DNA of 64,000 bases from Candidatus Saccharimonadales bacterium (GTDB lineage Bacteria > Patescibacteriota > Saccharimonadia > Saccharimonadales > JBBQAJ01): assembly GCA_038206875.1 (NCBI GenBank), contig JBBRAK010000006.1, forward strand, positions 253 through 64,252, given 5' to 3'. The position numbers were made by a program, and so were the translations under genes. Positions within the stretch are counted from its first letter, which is position 1, and the number at the start of each line of letters is the position of its first letter. Shown here piece after piece: positions 47,218-58,581 of this stretch. The notes under the pieces are model-generated. The model was not told the DNA's origin and ran no database searches. It saw only the letters and a list, made by a program, of their open reading frames with translations.

Positions 47218-47280
47218 GGGGCACGGGCCTTGGGTCCATCCGCTCACGCGGTCGTAGGTCACGCCTACAGTGCTCCACCA
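47218..47280 (+). ncRNA. tRNA-Ala-like mini-cloverleaf without an anticodon loop (G3:U70, discriminator A, encoded CCA)
   Basis: Hand fold: acceptor GGGGCAC/GTGCTCC with G3:T70, then ACCA. Three internal hairpins are GGGCC-TTG-GGTCC, CCGC-TCAC-GCGG and GTAGG-TCACG-CCTAC. GC-rich island in an AT-rich spacer. A possible -10 CATACT sits at 47205-47210. Confidence 0.4.
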
Positions 47281-47342
47281 AAAATAGCGTTTAAGAATAC
47301 AACCTCTCTGGGCAATAGGGGTTGTATTTAATTCCCGAAGGA

Positions 47343-48293
47343 CTATTGGATTTGACGAAGTCGTGTTTGGAGCTCATCTACACCGATTGATGTCGCTGGC
47401 AATTCTATCTGACTCCAAACACCATAGGCGGTTAGATTTTCGGTTCTAACTGAATTTTCGTAAATTATTTTTGTAAGTTGTCCTGACCAAACGTCTATTT
47501 CAAATGTAAATTTCAAAGGAACACTATCGGCATATTGCGCTGGATCTATCTGTTCCAGTTGAGTAATCCCGACTGTTTTTGAAAAATTCTTAAGCATCGA
47601 GACATAGGATTCTGGCTTCACCGTAACTTCATATGAGTAAACTGGACGACCGTTTGTAATTTGGCGTTTTGTTGCGCTCGAGTCGTACTTGAACACAGTG
47701 TCTGTTTTGATTTGTTTAATTAGCTCTTTACGCTTGGCAACTGGCAGGTTTGCTATTGGCACTACGCCGAGTAGAGTTTGATTATATAGCTGAGCGCCGT
47801 TACCATCCTTACTTGCAATGTCAGATTTACCCCATAGCCCTAAGATCGAAGAAAAATCATATACTCCACCAGAAGGGGTTTTTTGAGTTGTAGATATATC
47901 ATTGTAGCGTACAAAGTCATACTCTGGCGATGCAATGCTTTCTGTTGTGATTACTGTATCTAAATTCTCCCCCTGACTTAGTATGCTCGTAGAGTGCACC
48001 CTCTGATCTGGTCGCGTAACCAATGTCGATGCTTGTTCAAGGTTTTGTGAATCTCCTTTTTGAATTGCTATTTTGGAAACCGATTGACTAGAAAGGCTAT
48101 TTGTTATCATCCTATTAAAAACATTTGTTGGGCTACTATATACGGTCTTGAACCAAAGTACTGAACTGGCGATTAAAATAATAATTCCTGCAAAAATTAA
48201 GGAACGTATAGTAGTAATGTGGAGTTTGATAGTTTTAAACATTGTTTTATTGTAACAGAAAAATGGTGGAGCATAATGATGATGTCGGAACAT
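47343..48293 (-). CDS. hypothetical membrane-anchored protein
   Basis: 316-aa ORF with an alternative start at 48242 (MFKTIKLH). One TM helix (IFAGIIILIASSVLWF), then a soluble domain with no recognised motif. Confidence 0.5.
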   Translation of the reverse strand: MFRHHHYAPPFFCYNKTMFKTIKLHITTIRSLIFAGIIILIASSVLWFKTVYSSPTNVFNRMITNSLSSQSVSKIAIQKGDSQNLEQASTLVTRPDQRVHSTSILSQGENLDTVITTESIASPEYDFVRYNDISTTQKTPSGGVYDFSSILGLWGKSDIASKDGNGAQLYNQTLLGVVPIANLPVAKRKELIKQIKTDTVFKYDSSATKRQITNGRPVYSYEVTVKPESYVSMLKNFSKTVGITQLEQIDPAQYADSVPLKFTFEIDVWSGQLTKIIYENSVRTENLTAYGVWSQIELPATSIGVDELQTRLRQIQ

Positions 48294-48295
48294 AT

Positions 48296-49051
48296 CTACT
48301 TCGACAGGAATAATATCACTGCTATCGTATAACCTAGTATAACCACACCAGTCCTAAGCATCTGTCTATTTACAAAACGTACCAGATGAGAACCAGTATA
48401 TCCACCGATTACAGCACCCAACGCCATTATTGGAACAATCTGCCAATGCACAATACCACTTAGGGAAAAATATATGATTGCCACAAAATTAACAATTAGA
48501 GAAATGACGTTTTTTAAACCTATGTTTTGATACATATCCTTAATCCCCAGGACTGATAGACAACCAAGGAGTAGAATTCCAATACCAGCACCAAAATAGG
48601 ATCCGTATATAGCAACAATAAGTATAAGTAGCCCGACAAACATTACTTTACGTTTTGGTTGATCTAAATGTATTTTTTTGAAAAGCCTATTAACTGGTTC
48701 TTGGAACTGTAATAAAGATGCGCCAATAATTATCAAAATTGGCGCAATCCAATCAAACACACTGCTTGGCGTGTGGGTTAATATAAAGCTACCTACGATA
48801 GCCCCTACAACCGCTGGGATTATCAAAATTTTTATCCAGGTTTTACTTTTTATTATTTCTTTTTTATATCCTGGAAGACTTGATACAATTCCTGGCCATA
48901 AGACAACTGTAGACGTAGCATTTGCGACGATAGAGTTACTCCCCAGTGCCAATAGGACGGGATATGTTAAAAAAGTGCCACCCCCTGGTATTGCGTTCAT
49001 GATGGCTCCAACAAAAGCAGCCAAGAAAGCTATTAAGATTTCTGGTGACAT
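48296..49051 (-). CDS. TauE/SafE (TSUP) family anion exporter
   Basis: 251 aa with 7-8 TM helices. Repeated GxGGG-type motifs (NAIPGGGTFLTYP, YFGAGIGILLLG) are typical of the TSUP family. Confidence 0.75.
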   Translation of the reverse strand: MSPEILIAFLAAFVGAIMNAIPGGGTFLTYPVLLALGSNSIVANATSTVVLWPGIVSSLPGYKKEIIKSKTWIKILIIPAVVGAIVGSFILTHTPSSVFDWIAPILIIIGASLLQFQEPVNRLFKKIHLDQPKRKVMFVGLLILIVAIYGSYFGAGIGILLLGCLSVLGIKDMYQNIGLKNVISLIVNFVAIIYFSLSGIVHWQIVPIMALGAVIGGYTGSHLVRFVNRQMLRTGVVILGYTIAVILFLSK

Positions 49052-49107
49052 GTACTCATAATAACAAAGCTAGAGAAAATATCTTCGACTATACGTCATA
49101 AAGCATA

Positions 49108-49125
49108 TGGTGGAGCATATCGGAT
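49108..49125 (-). repeat. exact 18-nt copy of the 3' end of tRNA-Ala (T-stem 3' strand to CCA)
   Basis: TGGTGGAGCATATCGGAT at 49108-49125 is identical to 49274-49291. It is a direct repeat, 166 bp apart, downstream of the tRNA on the minus strand. Confidence 0.9.
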
Positions 49126-49273
49126 ATCGCGTTCGCTAGCGCTCACACTCTTCCCTGCGATGCTCGGTGAGTTCAATCAAGATTTAACTCACCTGCGCTT
49201 CTCGTCCACCGAACCTTGTCGGTTCTCATAATAATTACCAATTTATAAACTATCATACTGATTGATTATATAT

Positions 49274-49350
49274 TGGTGGAGCATATCGGATTCGAACCGA
49301 TGACCTCTTCCATGCCATGGAAGCGCGCTAGCCAACTGCGCCAATGCCCC
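49274..49350 (-). tRNA. tRNA-Ala (anticodon GGC), CCA encoded
   Basis: Hand fold: acceptor GGGGCAT/ATGCTCC with G3:U70, D arm GCGC-AGTTGGCTA-GCGC, anticodon arm CTTCC-ATGGCAT-GGAAG, T arm ATCGG-TTCGAAT-CCGAT, ACCA. Confidence 0.9.
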
Positions 49351-49387
49351 AAAAAAGAACTATAAAATTGTAGCATGACAGAGGCAA

Positions 49388-51094
49388 CTAGTAACCACGT
49401 TCATTGTTGTAAGCCTTTTGGTTTTGTTGTTCAATTTGCCGACGAAGTCTCCATCTGTACAACTGGGTTAGCCCTACCAATCCACCACCAATTATTGCAC
49501 CTGCAATGAAAAGCGTAATCAAAATCTTTTGCCAAAGAGGCGTTGTTTTCAATTTACCCATAATAACGAAATCTGTTGCATCACCCAGCACAAAACTCGA
49601 ATCTTTAGATGCATCCAAAACCTCTTCCCAGTCGTTTTTTAGTGTGAAGAATTTTAGTTGCGAGTACTGTTTTTTCTGCGAATCATTTAACAGAACCTTG
49701 ACCATAACAGGCTCTTTATAGACGCTGACTTTTTCGCCAGATTCAAGTTTACAAAGTAGCTCATATGGTCCGCTTACGACTACAAATTTTTCTATGCCTG
49801 GGTGCAGAGTGTTACTCTGCCGTAAGTCACAGGATGCTTGTTCGCTCAAAGCACTGGCAGGAATTATGACTTGAGTAATACCGTCTTCACTGGTCAGCGT
49901 TATTCCATCCTCTGCTTTTACGTTTGGCTCAAAACTACCTGTGGTTATTTCCGTTGTTGCGGTTGGTGACGCATTTCCTGATTCATCTAAGGCTTTGATT
50001 CTGTAATAGTAAGTAGACTGAAACCCAACATCGGTGTCACCGTACGACCCCCCAGTAATGGTATTCCCAATTTTTTGCCACTCTATTGCATCGGTTGATC
50101 TTTCGAGCTCATAACTAGATACGCCAAAATCATCTGTAGATTGATCCCACGATAAATCGACTACGGAATCTGAAAATTTTGCCTGAAAATTCGACGGTGC
50201 CGAAGGTGGAGTTGTGTCTACTGCCCCACCCGATGCTGGAGTTCCATTCGAAGTTCTTCCTCTAGGAGTAGTTGACGATGGCGGCGGATTTGTACCCGAC
50301 CCCGGTGGCGGATTGGTAGTGGATGGGGGTGCATTTACTACCGCTGTTCGAGTTGCCGTTGCACCTGCTCCTACTTCATTGCTACACTTTAGAGCATAAC
50401 TTTTTGTACCCACTGAACTTGTATCTCCGGTATGGTTTTCTGAACCTCCGTTCGGCGACTTAGCCCCAGACCAGTTTCCTGAAGCTACGCAAGATGTCGC
50501 ACCATTGCTCGCCGACCAACCAATCGTCAGTCCAGCTCCTTTAGTAACTGAAATATTGCTTGGTTGGTTGTTCAGCACTACAGAACTTACGGGAGCGTTT
50601 TTTATTGTAATGGGAACATCTGGACATGGTTGATGAAGATATCCCTGAAAAGTAATATACATACCCCAGTTAAAAGTGTGAGTACTTGGGGTGTCGGGAG
50701 CTTTTAGTGTCAGATTGAATGTTGCTGTTTCGCCTGGTGCATAATCTCTAGTCAACGAAGTGCCGCTTGCGTTCCAAATAACTTTGCCATTGCCCGCCGC
50801 AGAAGAGTATTCTGCCAATCCCATACCATAACTGGGACCCCACGTGGAAGATCCTGTGTTTTGCATCTTCACCACGCCGGTAAATGTACTACCCGGCTTG
50901 ACAAATGTTTTGCTTGGAGTGTTTTGTATGCAGGTAGCTCTGTGCGGATCACCTACAAATACAATAGCGGCACTGCTTTTAAACAACATAATACTTCCAC
51001 CGAGTATAGAAAAACCTAGCATAAAAAGACCGACTTTGGTTAACCTTGATTGTCTTTTGTAGCTTTTTGATTTCGTGGATTTACGCAGGTTCAT
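49388..51094 (-). CDS. large surface protein: N-terminal anchor, Ig-like/NBR1-like domains, Pro/Thr linker, FN3 domain, C-terminal TM anchor
   Basis: 568 aa. Linker PPSTTNPPPGSGTNPPPSSTTP. FN3-like PSAPSNFQAKFSDSVVDLSWDQS ... YYYRIKALDESGNASP. C-terminal TM ILITLFIAGAIIGGGLVGL followed by YRWRLRRQ. Confidence 0.65.
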   Translation of the reverse strand: MNLRKSTKSKSYKRQSRLTKVGLFMLGFSILGGSIMLFKSSAAIVFVGDPHRATCIQNTPSKTFVKPGSTFTGVVKMQNTGSSTWGPSYGMGLAEYSSAAGNGKVIWNASGTSLTRDYAPGETATFNLTLKAPDTPSTHTFNWGMYITFQGYLHQPCPDVPITIKNAPVSSVVLNNQPSNISVTKGAGLTIGWSASNGATSCVASGNWSGAKSPNGGSENHTGDTSSVGTKSYALKCSNEVGAGATATRTAVVNAPPSTTNPPPGSGTNPPPSSTTPRGRTSNGTPASGGAVDTTPPSAPSNFQAKFSDSVVDLSWDQSTDDFGVSSYELERSTDAIEWQKIGNTITGGSYGDTDVGFQSTYYYRIKALDESGNASPTATTEITTGSFEPNVKAEDGITLTSEDGITQVIIPASALSEQASCDLRQSNTLHPGIEKFVVVSGPYELLCKLESGEKVSVYKEPVMVKVLLNDSQKKQYSQLKFFTLKNDWEEVLDASKDSSFVLGDATDFVIMGKLKTTPLWQKILITLFIAGAIIGGGLVGLTQLYRWRLRRQIEQQNQKAYNNERGY

Positions 51095-51130
51095 GATTGT
51101 ATTTTATCTTTGAATAGCATAAATGCATAG

Positions 51131-54115
<2,985 letters not shown>

Positions 54116-54138
<23 letters not shown>

Positions 54139-54991
54139 GTAATCTAGCCACTCTGTCGGCGACAGAAGGGTGTGTGCTGAACATGGATGCGAGCATACCT
54201 TTTTTGAGTGGATTAGCAAAAAACAAATGCGCTGTAGATGGATTTTGACGTTTTAGGCCACCGCCATATTTACCTATTTTTTCTAGCGCACTTGCTAGTC
54301 CTTCTGGATAGCGGGTTGTTAATGCACCCGTAGCATCTGCTAGATATTCTCGTTTTCTAGATATAGCCATCTGAATCATCATAGCGATTAGCGGAGCCAA
54401 AATAGCAGCCACAATCCCAACAATGAAGAATATCGGGCTGTTGTTATCATCATCACTGTCCCTAAACCATGTCATACGTAAGATGATATCTGACAATATT
54501 GATATGACTGCTACCAAAGCAAAAGCAATCATCGTAAGACGTATATCATAATTTTTTACATGACCAAATTCGTGAGCCAAAACCCCTTGAAGTTCTGAAT
54601 CGTCCATAATGTTCAATAATCCTGTCGTGACACCGACTATCGCATGGTCCGGGTCTCTGCCGGTAGCAAATGCATTTGGAGAGGGGTCTTGTATGACATA
54701 GACCCTTGGCATGGGCATGCCATTTGTTATGGCCAAATTTTCTACCGTACGCCATAGCCTTGGGTTGTCTGATTTTTGAATTTCGTGTGCACCGTTCAAT
54801 GCCATGGCCATTTTTGAACCTGCATAGTAGCTAAACACGGCATAAACAGCCGCTCCAACAAGTACAAATGGAGTAATCCTAGGTTCACCGGCATATAGCC
54901 CAAATATCCAGCTAAGTCCGGCGACAAGTGCTATGAAAAACACCATCATATATATTGTTTTACGTTTGTTGACAGCAATTGCAGAATACAT
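54116..54991 (-). CDS. htpX: zinc metalloprotease HtpX (M48 family)
   Basis: 291 aa with HEFGHVKNYD (HExxH), TM helices and a C-terminal STHPSVADRV. Confidence 0.9.
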
Positions 54992-55016
54992 GCTGGCTCC
55001 GTTTATTTTCCAGTAA

Positions 55017-55583
55017 TTAGAACTTTACTTCTGTGGGCTTTGAGGCGGCTTCGGCCTCGGCTTCGTCTACTTCAAAAAATTCTCGAACTTTGAAACCAAG
55101 CATTCCTGCAAAAATATTGTTTGGAAAAACCAAAATTTTAGTATTTAAGTCTCTCGCTGAACCGTTATAAAACCTTCTACTTGCTTGGATTTTGTCTTCT
55201 GTGTCAACTAAGTCATTTTGAAGTTGCAGGAAATTTTGGTTAGCTTTCAGGTCGGGGTTGCTTTCTGCGACCGCAAAAACGCTTTTCAAAGCTCCAGAAA
55301 GCATGTTTTCGGTTTGAGCGACGTCTTTTACAGATGTTTGACCATTGACTGTGCCAGCTCGTTCTTTGGCAATGTTTTCTAATACTTCGGCTTCGTGTTT
55401 GGCGTAACCTTTTACTGTGCTTACCAGGTTTGGAATCAAGTCTAGACGTCGCTTAAGCTGTACGGTTATATCACTCCACGCTTCGTCAACTCGCACATTT
55501 AGTCGAACTAGGCCGTTGTACATCGCTATACCTGCAGCCAATACGACTATAACTACAATTCCGACAATTAATAATGGAGACAT
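55017..55583 (-). CDS. lemA: LemA family protein
   Basis: 188 aa with an N-terminal TM helix and YNGLVRLNVRVDEAWSDITVQLKRRLDLIPNLV, a typical LemA sequence. Confidence 0.9.
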   Translation of the reverse strand: MSPLLIVGIVVIVVLAAGIAMYNGLVRLNVRVDEAWSDITVQLKRRLDLIPNLVSTVKGYAKHEAEVLENIAKERAGTVNGQTSVKDVAQTENMLSGALKSVFAVAESNPDLKANQNFLQLQNDLVDTEDKIQASRRFYNGSARDLNTKILVFPNNIFAGMLGFKVREFFEVDEAEAEAASKPTEVKF

Positions 55584-55629
55584 GCTATATTTTACCCCTG
55601 TTTAATCAGTGTTTATATTTTACCATACT

Positions 55630-56250
55630 TTAGCTAGTCCAGATACGTGTTCTGCCCAAAAGTAGTCTGGCGAACACAATCTGTACATGAAGTGAAATGC
55701 CAAAGATTATAGCTGCCAAGCCAAAAAGTAACCAGTCTGTTATGTGACCATTTCCACCCAGTGCCACAAAACCCGTTACCGCAAAGTAACTCAATATGTA
55801 TCTGATGCTTATGGTGATAAAAGTTGCCCATAGTGCTGCTATGCCCATACGGTAAGCAACAGAAACTAAGTCATCCCGAATTAGGGTGTCTTTGTTCTGA
55901 TGGATGTAGCCTAGTTCTCTAGTTTGCTCCTCTACTGTAGTGACAATTCCCATGATGGTAGTTATGAGCACAAATGTACAAAGTCCTACAAAAGCCCATA
56001 ATCCGAAAACAATAGCTCTTCCGAGTAAATCATTACTAAATAATTGATCTAAAAGTGGTCCATAATTTTCTTTTGATGATTCAATCAGTGACTGGCTGGC
56101 GTCTGCGCCAAACATGAGACTCAGAAACGCATCTCCACCCAAACGCGGAATAATGATAAAAAATATCACTCCCAGTAGTCCAAAAGCAGAAAAAGCTACG
56201 CTCGCAACTGAAGGAGATATGACATCGATTTTGCGAACATCTGTACTCAT
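55630..56250 (-). CDS. hypothetical 5-TM membrane protein
   Basis: 206-aa hydrophobic ORF. No motif recognised. Confidence 0.5.
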   Translation of the reverse strand: MSTDVRKIDVISPSVASVAFSAFGLLGVIFFIIIPRLGGDAFLSLMFGADASQSLIESSKENYGPLLDQLFSNDLLGRAIVFGLWAFVGLCTFVLITTIMGIVTTVEEQTRELGYIHQNKDTLIRDDLVSVAYRMGIAALWATFITISIRYILSYFAVTGFVALGGNGHITDWLLFGLAAIIFGISLHVQIVFARLLLGRTRIWTS

Positions 56251-56290
56251 ATGCCCTGATTATATCAGTAATTGAATACGTTTTGGTCTA

Positions 56291-56320
56291 CAAAACAACA
56301 AAACGACCTCAATGGGTCGC
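56291..56320 (-). terminator. rho-independent terminator after the duplicated tRNA-Leu 3' end
   Basis: The minus strand reads CGACC-CATTGA-GGTCG followed by TTTTGTTGTTTTG. It begins about 10 nt after the repeat copy at 56331-56351. Confidence 0.6.
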
Positions 56321-56330
56321 TTGGTTGTTT

Positions 56331-56351
56331 TGGTGCGCGAGGTGGGACTTG
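56331..56351 (-). repeat. exact 21-nt copy of the 3' end of tRNA-Leu (T-loop to CCA)
   Basis: TGGTGCGCGAGGTGGGACTTG at 56331-56351 is identical to 56519-56539. It is a direct repeat, 188 bp apart. Confidence 0.9.
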
Positions 56352-56518
56352 CCTTGTTACGATAAAACAAAAAATAGTTTTATTAGAAACAACTACAAAC
56401 TTGCCAACGGCAACTTTGTAGCAAGGATGCCGGGGATTGCTATCCATAGCAATCCCGTTCAAGTACCACTCTACAGCCAAGAAAAAGGTTCCATCTTTTC
56501 AGACAGAACCGTGTTTCT

Positions 56519-56606
56519 TGGTGCGCGAGGTGGGACTTGAACCCACAAGGCTTATTCAGCCAACGGATTTTAAGTCCGTCGCGTATACCAATTCCGCCAC
56601 TCGCGC
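56519..56606 (-). tRNA. tRNA-Leu (anticodon TAA), type II, CCA encoded
   Basis: Hand fold: acceptor GCGCGAG/CTCGCGC, anticodon arm ACGGA-CTTAAAA-TCCGT, long variable arm, T arm GTGGG-TTCAAGT-CCCAC, ACCA. Confidence 0.9.
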
Positions 56607-56610
56607 ATCC

Positions 56611-56684
56611 TGGAGGTGCGTACGGGTAATGCTCCCGTCTACTGGGTTTTGCAGACCCATGCCTAACTTCTCGGCCAACGCACC
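56611..56684 (-). tRNA. tRNA-Cys (anticodon GCA) with non-canonical T-loop and D-loop, CCA encoded
   Basis: Hand fold: acceptor GGTGCGT/ACGCACC, D arm GCC(G)-AGAAGTT-(A)GGC, anticodon arm TGGGT-CTGCAAA-ACCCA, T arm ACGGG-AGCATTA-CCCGT, discriminator T, CCA. It lies 4 nt upstream of tRNA-Leu. Confidence 0.75.
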
Positions 56685-56770
56685 AAATTAACTATCGTAT
56701 TGTAGCAACTTATCAGTATCGATGGTACGCTAATTCTAAACGCGTGAGCCTTCTGGTTTTGGATTACGTG

Positions 56771-58387
56771 CTAAAACTTTCTTTTATTTAGTTGGTAATG
56801 AGCCACCTGCAAAAACTTCCTGTTTGAAAATCTATGATACGGAAAGCTCACAAGGATTGTTACAGTAACCAAAAAACAAGAGATTAGAAATGGGATTATT
56901 TCACCCTGTCCAGTGTCAGCAAGCTCGATAGATTGGGCTTCAGGATCAGGAGTGGGTGTTGTGGTAAAAGCACTTAGCGTATAGGTTGCATTGGTATTGG
57001 TGGCGACGAAAGCCCAATTATTGATTGTTCGGGCATCGCCCCAGCTGCCATCGGTGTAGTTGTTATAATTACCGTAGTTTGGCGAGCCACATCCAGATAA
57101 GGTCCATCCGTGAACACCACCGGTACTATCAACACCAGCAGTTCCATCTTGTTGAGGCGTCCCACTACAACGATTAACACCGGGAAAAGCAAGTTGGGTA
57201 TCGTCCCAATATATAGTGGTTTCGTTGCCCGAAGGACCGTTTAGTCGATTTATTTGAATTCCACCGCCAACTAATTCTACGTCTTCCATCAAAAAGTGAA
57301 TCTCAGCTGTTTTAGATATTGAAGCCTTGAATTTAATTGCTTGGTTATTAGGTATGTCGTCGCCATTGCCATCTTTTCCGTCAAATGGAACACTTACCGC
57401 CCCAGGGCTAGCGCCGTAGGTTATGGTTACATCTCCGGGATCGGCGTAACTACCGTTATTATTGGTATCAATGTTGACATCCACTGGACCGGTAAAATTT
57501 GCAAGATCAAAGGTAATGTTCCCATCACGTGAATTTGTAGTTGTCGGGCTAAACCCCAAATTTGATATCGCCGGATTTGCAATTGCTGGTTTTACCCAAT
57601 CGGTATTTCCGTCCCACTGCGTGGCAGACGCTGGTAGGTCGCTGGCAGGATTCTCATAAAATAATTTATACGAGGAGTTGCACGAACTGGGAGCATAGGC
57701 CCAACTGGAATCGATGACGGCACCATTGACGCTTTTATATATTGGGACACAGCCTCCACCGGAGTTAACTATTCCCACTCCGCTAGCCGATAGTACCGAA
57801 AGTATTCCATTGTAATCTATGTAATCAACTTGGTACAAGTAACCATATTCGCTTTGGTACCATGTCGAAAAATCTACACCCGTAGGCGGGGTTCCACTAA
57901 GTTGCGCCGCATTATACACCGCCGACCAGGTTCTGCCTGGTATGTCAGAAGCTCCATTCTGCACACCTATTGACCAGCTCTAATAATCTCCGCCCGCGGA
58001 TACGTGGCTAAAATTAATGTACCAAATTCCGTCCGAAGAAGCTGTCAAATTGGACAAATTACAGGCAGTCGAAACGGCCGCGGCGGCTGTAATAGTACAG
58101 GTTACATCGGCCGCACCTGGTCTTGATACTGTTACTACTGCATTATTATCACCAGATGCCGAACCGTTGATTTGCTTGATAAACGAAACATCAATATTCT
58201 CAGATCCGTTCACATATGCATAATAATTAACCGGTTGTGTTACATATGTTCCCGTCGGATTAGATGCGGCTGCGCTTGCCGACTGGGGTTTTAGCACGGT
58301 AAAAAATAAGCTACACGAGGTAATCAAAAGTGACAATATAATCCACTTAGAATGCCGGTATGTTTTTATGTTAGTATTTTCCATCAA
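56771..58387 (-). pseudogene. sortase-substrate surface protein interrupted by a single in-frame TAG (57980-57982)
   Basis: ORF 57980..58387 carries the signal peptide (WIILSLLITSCSLFFTVLKPQSASAAA). ORF 56771..57964 is in the same frame and ends with LADTG, a hydrophobic stretch and a basic tail. Reading through gives ...SAGGDY*SWSIGVQNGAS.... The Met of the second ORF is really a GTG Val codon. Confidence 0.75.
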
Positions 58388-58581
58388 ACCCTTTTCATCT
58401 ATTTTAGCATATACGGTATGAAATAGGTATTCTTTGTACCCTCGCTACTTAGCGTGTGCCAAAAATGCTCTTAGGTTTGCCTCGACGGTCTCATTTTTGA
58501 CCTGATCAACCGCCATTTTACCTATGCCTATAGAAGGCATCGTGCTTGTGCTACAATAAAATCAACAAGAATCCCTCAATC

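Noticed and set aside
47271-49117. Inverted 10-nt match (TGCTCCACCA / TGGTGGAGCA) bracketing the two genes 47343..49051, considered as a possible mobile cassette
   Set aside because: Ten-nt matches are expected by chance many times in 64 kb. There are no target-site duplications or recombinase genes, and both ends are better explained as tRNA-Ala-like acceptor sequences.
49108-49350. tmRNA (ssrA), standard or permuted, suggested by Ala-type acceptor ends with CCA here and at 47218-47280
   Set aside because: The 49274-49350 sequence is a complete ordinary tRNA-Ala. Neither extra CCA end is preceded by a T-arm with a TTCRA loop. I found no tag-peptide reading frame ending in an ..AA stop, nor pseudoknot-sized spacing.
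56265-56691. Three ORF-track entries (56265..56480 -, 56283..56540 +, 56437..56691 +)
   Set aside because: They run through tRNA-Cys, tRNA-Leu, the duplicated tRNA 3' end and strong hairpins. They have no SD and implausible sequences.
57980-57982. TAG reassigned as a sense codon (alternative genetic code)
   Set aside because: TAG terminates well-supported genes in the same window, for example the DegT gene at 43983-43985 and the Mur-ligase gene at 45853-45855. All long genes close properly under the standard code.
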